A stretch of 64,000 nt of DNA from Syncephalis fuscata S228. Taxonomy: Eukaryota > Fungi > Zoopagomycota. Positions 55,990-64,000 of this stretch are shown here, in pieces. The stretch covers positions 1,379-65,378 of the forward strand of contig JAHLTZ010000066.1 in NCBI GenBank assembly GCA_025786725.1, read 5' to 3'. Position numbers and translations under genes: made by a program. The number at the start of each line of letters is the position of its first letter. Position 1 is the first letter of the stretch. The notes under the pieces were generated by a model. It did not search any database, was not told the DNA's origin, and was given only the letters and a program-made list of their open reading frames with translations.

Positions 55990-57350
55990 AATCCATTGCT
56001 GTAGCTACACATGCTGTTATTGGTCGCTATATATAGACTATGCAATCTCAGTTTCACCAACTGCTTAACACGAATGTCGCCTATGCTGCCCACTTTCTTC
56101 ACCACTCTTCTCCTATTCCACTACTACCACTATGTATTTTTGCTACAAGAATACGTGAATTGCTTTTGCAACTTACAATTGCAGCGAGCTATGCTGTAGT
56201 GCACGCTAAAACGTCTGCTTGTGGCACACACGAATACACATATTATTATTAGGCTAGCTGGACGAGTTGTGTACTAGATACGCACTTTAAAGCTATCGAT
56301 ATTACACTGTGTTGTGTTGTGCAATGCTTGTTTGTCTGCTCATTTGTTACAAGCTGTGACAGAAGGACGGCACACTTGTTGACGGACGCCACTAAAGCAA
56401 CTGTTGTAATAGTAGTGCCCAGTACAAATATTCAAAGGGCTATTCAGTTGGTATAACACCACTAAACTAGCTGCTGCAATAGTGCAACTGTTTAGCAGTG
56501 GGTGCTGTGGTGGTCTAAATAGGACTCAGTGAGAAGTCCTGCCAAGTGGAGGGTCGCTTGAATGGTGTAGTTGGCCGCTACTTTTACGGTGTTATTTTAG
56601 TGGTGCACTGGTGTGTGGGACTAGTATAATGGATATACAGCCATTGTTGCTATGTCACAGAATATGGACGATGAAGGCACTTGCCCCGATGTAGTGTGTA
56701 GCATACTGTTTGTTGGCAGTTCACTGCTAGCTTGCAGCTTGCGTATGGGTTGCTTTGAAGGATTATCTCTTACATGTTGCCAATATCATAATATTATTGG
56801 CACTATCAAGATAGCTTCTTCAGCTCAACTATGGACCTATCCATACAAAAATTGGCGTGGGCTACGTAATAGTTGCAGCTATGCGATTGTGTGGTATTAT
56901 AGCATAATATCACACTGTCTGCAAACAGGATGGGTGGAGCGCAGCTTAGATGTTCTATATAGTGCAACGATTGTTTTGTATCTGCATTTGAGTCACATTG
57001 TGAATTCAGTGTGCCGGCTGTTTTTATTGCATTCGAGCATCATCTGGAAATTCAGTGCAATACGAAACAACTCTTTGCGCTATTTTAACGATTGCTACAT
57101 ATTGTACACTGCTTTATTTACGGTATTATGTGTGCATGTATGGTTAAGTGCATTAATATAACACTGTTGTAAAGCGGTAATGTAGCGATGACGGCAAAGT
57201 GGGAGCTTCATATATTTACGTGGCATCTTTTATTATACAATTGACGTAATGGGGCACTACGTCGTTGAAGGTGTATCTCAAATATGTGGAGTAATTGCTT
57301 TGTGCTGGGCTGAATGCTTCCATACTGTCGTTTGTTACATGCTGCATCGG
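55990..57350 (+). pseudogene. Degenerate multi-pass membrane protein (GPCR-like?) remnant
   Basis: GC-richer island with successive hydrophobic Cys/Trp-rich stretches (e.g. DYLLHVANIIILLALSR*, IGVGYVIVAAMRLCGIIA*, TTLCAILTIATYCTLLYLRYYVCMYG*) broken by several true stop codons. Confidence 0.35.
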
Positions 57351-58267
57351 GGCTTTTAACAATTATAAATATTAGATTATAAGATAACCATTTAGATTAT
57401 ATAATTTAGAACATTAACTTAATATACATATGTTGTAATTATACGACAGGTACATAGCAATTTATAATTATTAATTATAATATTAACGGGAAATTATTAG
57501 ATTAAGATCATGGATACAACTGCACATAGTTTCAAGGACACCTGGTGCCGTACAAGAGGATCGTCCAAGTAGCAAATGCCAGCTTTATGGAGTGCCGTCG
57601 TTTGGATTTTTAGTCATTCAAGCCGTTACTATTTTTATTTAATATACCACATTTACTTATTATTTAATTACCAGAGTGGCTCGGTGTTGTATATTATTGT
57701 CAAATTGCTGCCGCCTATTACAAGAGTGCAATAAAATAATACATTCAATTCTTATAGCCTATACTTGATCAGCATAATTAGAGTAGCTGTATATTAATAA
57801 ATATTCTATTTTTCATTCATATTGCATTTGATTGTATTGTTTGAGTATGCATCAATATTACACATTAGTAATAAATAGGCTCATTAATTTACATGATATG
57901 AAATGCTTATTGGAAATGAATATTGTTATGTATGTATAACAAACTGGTTGGTTTAAATCAACATCGACTGTTGTAATAAGCATTGCACAGTTAATGTATT
58001 TAAAACACTGTACTAGCAAATTTAAAATAGACTATTCGCTGCAGAATGTCGCATAATCATGACTGCAATTGGTATTTTGTGCACTTTGAATCAATGTTCC
58101 ATTATCGACGTTGTTCGTGCGTCATTGGTTCAGCTGCCACCTTGCATGCCGGTGCTGGCATATAGCTAGCTAAATAAAAGTGACGCGCTGCCACCTTTGT
58201 TATCTATCTTTATTTGAGCTTTATTTTTGTCGGAACACGTACTTTGCTTGCCAAGTTTATTGTAAAC

Positions 58268-60943
58268 ATGTCGTCTTCAAACAACTCCACCTCATGTGGC
58301 AATGCTGAGCCATCTTATCATGCCGCGTCGTTGGCATCTAACGACACTCCGCTTAAGTCGCTATCACATTCTAGCCACGTACCAGATGCTGTTAATACAT
58401 CAGTTGCTGGCCCATCCGCCTCCCCGTCCCTCCTGCCTCTACTATATCTACTGCTTCTACTGCAGCCAATGCACCACTTAAACCATCTGATGACGACAGT
58501 ATAAACACCTGCTTCCTCAAAAAGACGCCCATGCTATGGGACAGCCTGCCTCATGCTGAGATGCGTGATGTAGCTGGATGGATAGAAGTGTTCGACTTGG
58601 AACGCACAGGTAAGTAAAAGTTTATAAATAACCGTGATGTAATTGGCTGATCAATATTATAGAGATATTGATAAAAGTTGGGCAAACTTTTATCTTTGGA
58701 AGTGGCGTCGAGTGGTAAGTATTGAATTAACTACTATTTGGGGTAAAATGACTTTTACTAACAACTATGTAACGATGACTTTATTAATATAGTGATTATG
58801 TTATTCCGGGGGCAGAGGTACCTGAACAATGGTTCCGTATATTTATGGTAATTGCCATATCAACGTTTAATAACTTGTACTAACTATTACGGGTTGATAT
58901 AGGAAGGGAACTTGATTATGTTCCAAGTAAGTATATTATTTTTATTTCCATTTATAACTAAATTTTATTTAGAACATTAGCGGCGTTGCATTAACTGGTA
59001 ATTATAAAAATATCACTTAGTTATGCGTTAACATGCTGTACAGTCAATGGTAAATTGGTGGAAAAAACCAACAAAATCATTTTTTTGAATGGCGGTTTTA
59101 TCAGTATTCCTGGCTGTGAAAGTAGGTTATGAAATAGTTATAATTATTATAATTAATAATCAATTATTAGTAACCTTTCGCGTGTATAATCTGGAACTCA
59201 CAGACCACATTGTACCCGACAACAGCCCAGATTATAAAATGGTAGGTTTAATTAACATATGATATTAAAATAATTTAACACAATAACGTATAGGCTGTTG
59301 GAAAAAAATATACCATCAGCAAGGCCATACTTGGGTCGTGAGTGTAGCAATAATTTATTATTGCAATATATTAACTATTAATATTTACTAGTGGAACCTT
59401 TGGCAAAGTATATGTAGCAGAGATTAATGCCACAGGCGAACGCGTCGCCATAAAAAAGTCCAGCAATGGACTGGAAAAAACTCAAGAGGAGGCAGATTTA
59501 GCTGTTATAACATTCGTATCTGAAATTCAGATACTTCACGAGCTCGATAATCCGTTTATGGTTAAAATGTTGGATTTTATGGCTACAGCAAAGTTCAACT
59601 ACGTTGTGCTCGAGATGGCAGAGGGTGGTGATTTAAAAAACTATCTAAAGCTGCACCACCCCCTGCCAGAGCCTGCAGCACAGTATATTGTGCACCAACT
59701 AATGCGTGGATTGAAGGTGAGTAATAATTATACCAGTTGATATTATACTAACACAGACCAATTAGTACCTGCATAAAAATAACATTATTCATCGAGGTAA
59801 GTGTAATGGTTATTTATTAGCAACATTTGGTAATTGTATGTGATTTCACCATCAAACATTAGACATTAAAGTAAGTAACAATTGGTAATGCAATATAATC
59901 AACTAATGTTGCTGTAGCCCAAAAACATCCTTTTGCGCGGACATCACAAGTACCCGCATGTGATGTATTCCGACTTTGGGCTGGCGTGCCAGCTGGAAGA
60001 TGCCAACGCACTTGCAGACGATTACCGTGGTACGCCAATTTTTATGGCGCCTGAGGTCTTTTTGGGAAGCAAGGGAGGGCGTGCTATTATCGAACAAGCA
60101 GCTGCGAAATCTAAGTCGGCTAACACATTTGATGTCTCTGACCATGCTGTTGATGGATATGGCAAAGAGGTTGATGCATGGAGTCTGGGCGTAACAATAT
60201 ATTCTTTATTTTCAAGTAAGTTTTAACAGACTAGATTATTATGTCTGTTTTAAAGTGTGTAATAGAAAAGCATCCGTTTGAGGGATTTACGGATATTCAC
60301 TTTCTTGTACGCAAGATGATAAATGATGAGCCTCAGTTCAGAGGCAAAGTATGGAAGACTGTTACAGATCAAGGTAAGTAATATGGTTTAAATTTATACA
60401 ATTTATTAATACAATTACAGCTATAGGATTTATAGCTGCTTTGTTGAATTCAAGCCCATCGGCCAGATACACGGCTGGAATGGCGCTAAAGAATTCATGG
60501 CTTAGCGAGCCATTCAAAACGCTGGTTGAGCGGTATCGCGACCCTCAGCTATTGGAAGAACTCAAGGACCTGGAAGAAGACGAAGAAACCGAGCAAACTG
60601 AACTGACCAAGCTAAAGGACAGCGCTCAACCAATCCAAGACACGGACAAGGAAGAGCCAGAAGTGGCCCAAAAACAAGCAACTGGCACAGAAGAAGAGCT
60701 AGTTCAACAAGAAGATGATCAAAATGAAGAAGCGGAAGAGGAAGAAGAAGCGGAAGAGCTGGTACAGAATGTACAAGAAGCAGCAAATTTGGTTGAACCT
60801 TTTTCTTCTTTCAAGGTCGAGAAGCGCCAGCTTTCTCATGCTTCAGAGAATGAAGCTGAAGAAAGCAAGCGCAACAGACTTGGTAGGTACACGCTGATAA
60901 TACATTACAATAACTAACGTCAATACTAGACGATGATTTTTAA
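58268..60943 (+). CDS. Divergent FHA-like + CAMK-group Ser/Thr kinase, kinase 2 (paralogue of 37246-39905)
   Basis: GWIEVFD (vs GWVEVSD in kinase 1), VNGKLV, LGSGTFGKV, VAIK, VVLEMAEGGDL, IIHRDIKPKNILL, SDFG, GTPIFMAPE, DAWSLG. Same intron positions as kinase 1. Ends KRNRLDDDF*. Frameshift near 58430. Confidence 0.87.
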
Positions 60944-60999
60944 ACATGTACTTAGTTTTGTGCATTAAATAAATTGTTTTTTATTAATTATTTAATGCG

Positions 61000-62115
61000 A
61001 TTCGGTGTCAAATGACTAAATTTAATAACATTCGCGCAATTGCACTGCACATTCACTCTATTGAACATGGGGACAAGTGGTGAGTTTTATTTAATCGTCA
61101 CATCACCACACATTGCTTTTTTGGTGGTCAAATGACTAATATTTAATAACATCCAATCTATTGAACATGATGATGGGTGGTGAGTGACATCAATCATCAA
61201 ATACTCATCATCATAGATTCATTATCCAATATGCATATATCCAGTACACATATATCCCCTATTTACCTATATTATTCCCATTCTATTTTATACTACTATA
61301 TACCATTATATGATATATCAGGTACATTTTATTGTTATAGGTCTCAATTACATATAGTTTGCTAAATGAATGAGATGAATGAGTCGAGATTTATTAATAA
61401 TAGTGCTAGAACCAAAAGGACAACTGTACTAGCTAGTGCGTATACACTAGATAATAAAATGATATGGAGTATAATAAACATGCAATATTAAATGACGATT
61501 AGCTATGTTACCATTATTGAGTATATATGCATGATCCGTGAGTGGAATTAGTTGAAATTTATTAGTAATAAAGCTAGAATAAAATAAAAACAGTTTTGGG
61601 TAGAGAAAGGACAAATGAGTATAAAATGATATATATTAATGTGAAATAGAATGGGAATGATATATGTGAATAGAGTATATATTTATACTGAGCATATGCG
61701 TATTAGATCATAAATCTATAATAATGAGTATTTTGGACCCTAATGTGAATTACTCCTAGTTTCATGTTCGCTAAAAAAAAGTTTAATTTAAATGTATGAA
61801 TGTTATTAAATGTAATTATTTGACCCCCAAATTACACTAATTATTAATAAATTGTTTAATGCTTACAAAAAAATGGGTATTTTTATTTAATTAATAAATG
61901 AGATGATATATACAATATGATATATACAAGTCATCAATTGAATGGCATTGTACATAAAAAGGCCATGAACAAATTGAAGTACAGATGAGGGAATTGTTCA
62001 AGTGACAAAATAAAAGAAACAATAGAAATCTGTTGCATAAAATCAAGTATATTTATATAACAATGTTATCAGTAAAATAAGAAGATTAGATAACAAATAA
62101 TAAAGAAATGTCATT
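61000..62115. mobile_element. Near-full copy B of the inverted-end repeat family
   Basis: Inverted arms ggtggtcaaatgactaatatttaataacat (61123-61152) and atgttattaaatgtaattatttgacccc (61800-61827). The whole region is the reverse-complement homologue of 9090-10290. Confidence 0.65.
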
Positions 62116-62482
62116 ATCATAAAATATAATACTATACTTGACAATTAAGTTGTTAAACGTTAGATTCAGTTATAAAAAACATTGTTTATTGAATATTAAA
62201 TAAATACTTATAAACACATCTATTCTAAGCTACATTTTTATATAAAACATAATAGCAGACATTCATTTCATATGCAACTGATACAAATTGTTTGCATATT
62301 TTTTATTTTCAAAAACAAGGGGCTCAAAATAAATAACTCCTCGTATGTAAAGATAAGGCCTGTCACTAAGAGCTGCTTGTACTACAAAACTTGAGATTTT
62401 TAAGAATTTCTTTATTTAGCATATCGTCATTTCTGGGCATTACAAAAACGGATACTTACACTTTTTTATTTTTCAATTCAAA

Positions 62483-64000
62483 ATGACCAAAATGACAGAG
62501 AGCGATAATGCACAACCCGATAAAAAAGATATGGCATTGTTGTTTCCAGAAGCCGCAATACCAAAGCTGCCCGATACAAAACGAATGCTGCTAGCGCGAC
62601 TATGCCTATTTGTGACGGAAACAAAATTAGAATGTAATATATCCAACTGGGAGAAACAATTTATGGAGACGCTGTTCCAGCATTTGGGAGTTTGTGATCC
62701 GGCAGGTAATTAAATAATGTGTCTATTGGATGTTTAATAATATGTAAATGCAGTAAAAATAGCTATTGCCAACATGGAACGAGATGATTTAAGCGATGAA
62801 GATATTGGCGAAATGGTACGTCGTATATTCGATGCCGTGCCAAAGACAGATGATAAAATGGCTGTAGTGGTTGAGGATACCGCGGAAGTCAAAAATAAAA
62901 CAATTGAATTAGAGGTCGAAGAAATAACATCGACTTTGGCACAAGCAAATATTGCCAAAATAGCACCGGATAGTATGACGCATCGTGAAAAAGTAATGCT
63001 AGAATTGATACTATTGTATATTGGTATACTCTCCGAAGCTGTAAAGGAGGCCGAAACAACTGATAAAAGCAAGCTAAAATCAAAAAGCCAGAAGGGTGCA
63101 TTAGAACCTGGTGAGTACGACGCACGTTCTAGAGCTGTCTTGTACTATTTGGCCGATCAAATTGGTCTATCTCTCGAGCGTATGTGTCAGCTAGAACGCT
63201 GGATTGCCCAGCAACTTTATTTTTCTAGAGAAATGATTGAAGCAGAGGCAAATGGATCTTATAGCGATGAAAGCGACAACGAAAATGATACTAGTCGGTC
63301 TAAAGTTGCAGCAATGGCACTATCGCTAAAAAAAGCGGTTAAAAATCGTAATAAACAAAGCAGATTATTGCGATGGACAGCCACAGGCACTTCGGTAGTT
63401 ATTGGTGCGGCTGCACTTGGCCTTACTGGCGGATTGGCTGCTCCAATGCTTGCAGTTGGTATGGGCGCATTGGGTATTGTTGGAGCCAATGTTATTGCCA
63501 CGGCAGGCGGCATTATGGTAGTTACATCGCTGTTTGGCGTTGCTGGTGGAGGTTTAGCGGGCTACAAAACGGCAAGACGTACAGGCGGATTAAAAGAATT
63601 TGCTTTTATACCACTAGTCGACGTAGAATTACCGCTTATTCCGTCGTTGCACGCCACTATTGTCGTGCCGGGTTACTTAAAGGCAAATACGGATGCTGCA
63701 ACGCCTTGGAGAGCGCCTTGTGCTGCTCATTTGTCGGATCGTGATGTCTATGCTTTGGCCTATGATACTGAGGTGCTGCAAGAACTAGGCAAGGCATTCC
63801 GCGAGTTTTAGCTACCGAAGCAGCTACTTTTGCCGCTGGTCAAGTGTTAAAACATACACTGCTGGCCGCTGTCATGGCACCTTTAGCTTGGCCGATGGCA
63901 CTTGTAAAAGCAGGCAAGCTAATTGACAATCCTTGGGGCATGGCCGTTGATCGAGCACGTAAAGCTGGTCACGTCTTGGCTGATGTTCTTCAGGAGCGTA
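62483..64000 (+). CDS. DUF726 / TMCO4 (Mil1-like alpha/beta-hydrolase-fold membrane protein), 3' partial
   Basis: YDARSR, VIGAAALGLTGGLAAP, SLFGVAGGGLAGYK..RR...KEFAF. After a 1-nt deletion at ~63808 it continues LAWPMALVKAGKLIDNPWGMAVDRARKAGHVLADVL. Confidence 0.92.

Noticed and set aside
60962-60998. Hairpin gcattaaataa...ttatttaatgc after the kinase 2 stop as a terminator or regulatory element
   Set aside because: An almost pure A/T stem next to a repeat boundary; expected by chance at this base composition.
1-64000. Selenoprotein (in-frame TGA), tRNA, rRNA or transposase genes
   Set aside because: No in-frame TGA at conserved Cys positions, no cloverleaf or T-loop signature, and no rRNA, RT or DDE motifs were seen by eye.

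Overview
AT-rich, intron-dense eukaryotic DNA with short (~45-70 nt) GT-AG introns and CTAAC/CTAAT branch points. It is typical of an early-diverging fungus; the secreted kinase-like and multi-TM families suggest Zoopagomycota, e.g. Syncephalis, but that is inference. Genes in order: a coiled-coil tail-anchored protein, acetoacetyl-CoA synthetase ending in -SKL, an Msg5/Pmp1-type MAPK phosphatase, an intronless protein with a PTS2-like C-terminus, CCT6, RPS3 (hosting a box C/D snoRNA), NAR1, MPC2, a secreted truncated pseudokinase, a giant VPS8, two divergent FHA-like/CAMK (Chk2/Rad53/Dun1-type) kinase paralogues, a CUE-Myb-U-box protein, a Bem3-like PX-PH-RhoGAP and a partial DUF726/TMCO4 gene. 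A ~1.2-kb inverted-end repeat family occurs as 2 near-full and 4 partial copies, and a ~930-bp unit is tandemly repeated 2.7 times. Many genes, including essential ones, carry 1-nt deletions in short homopolymers, most likely long-read consensus errors, so the gene models were repaired by eye. The most unusual signal is the minus-strand kinase: its spliced C-terminus is a bipartite NLS followed by a CaaX box (CTIL), and both kinase paralogues carry the catalytic D-I-K on an 8-nt micro-exon.
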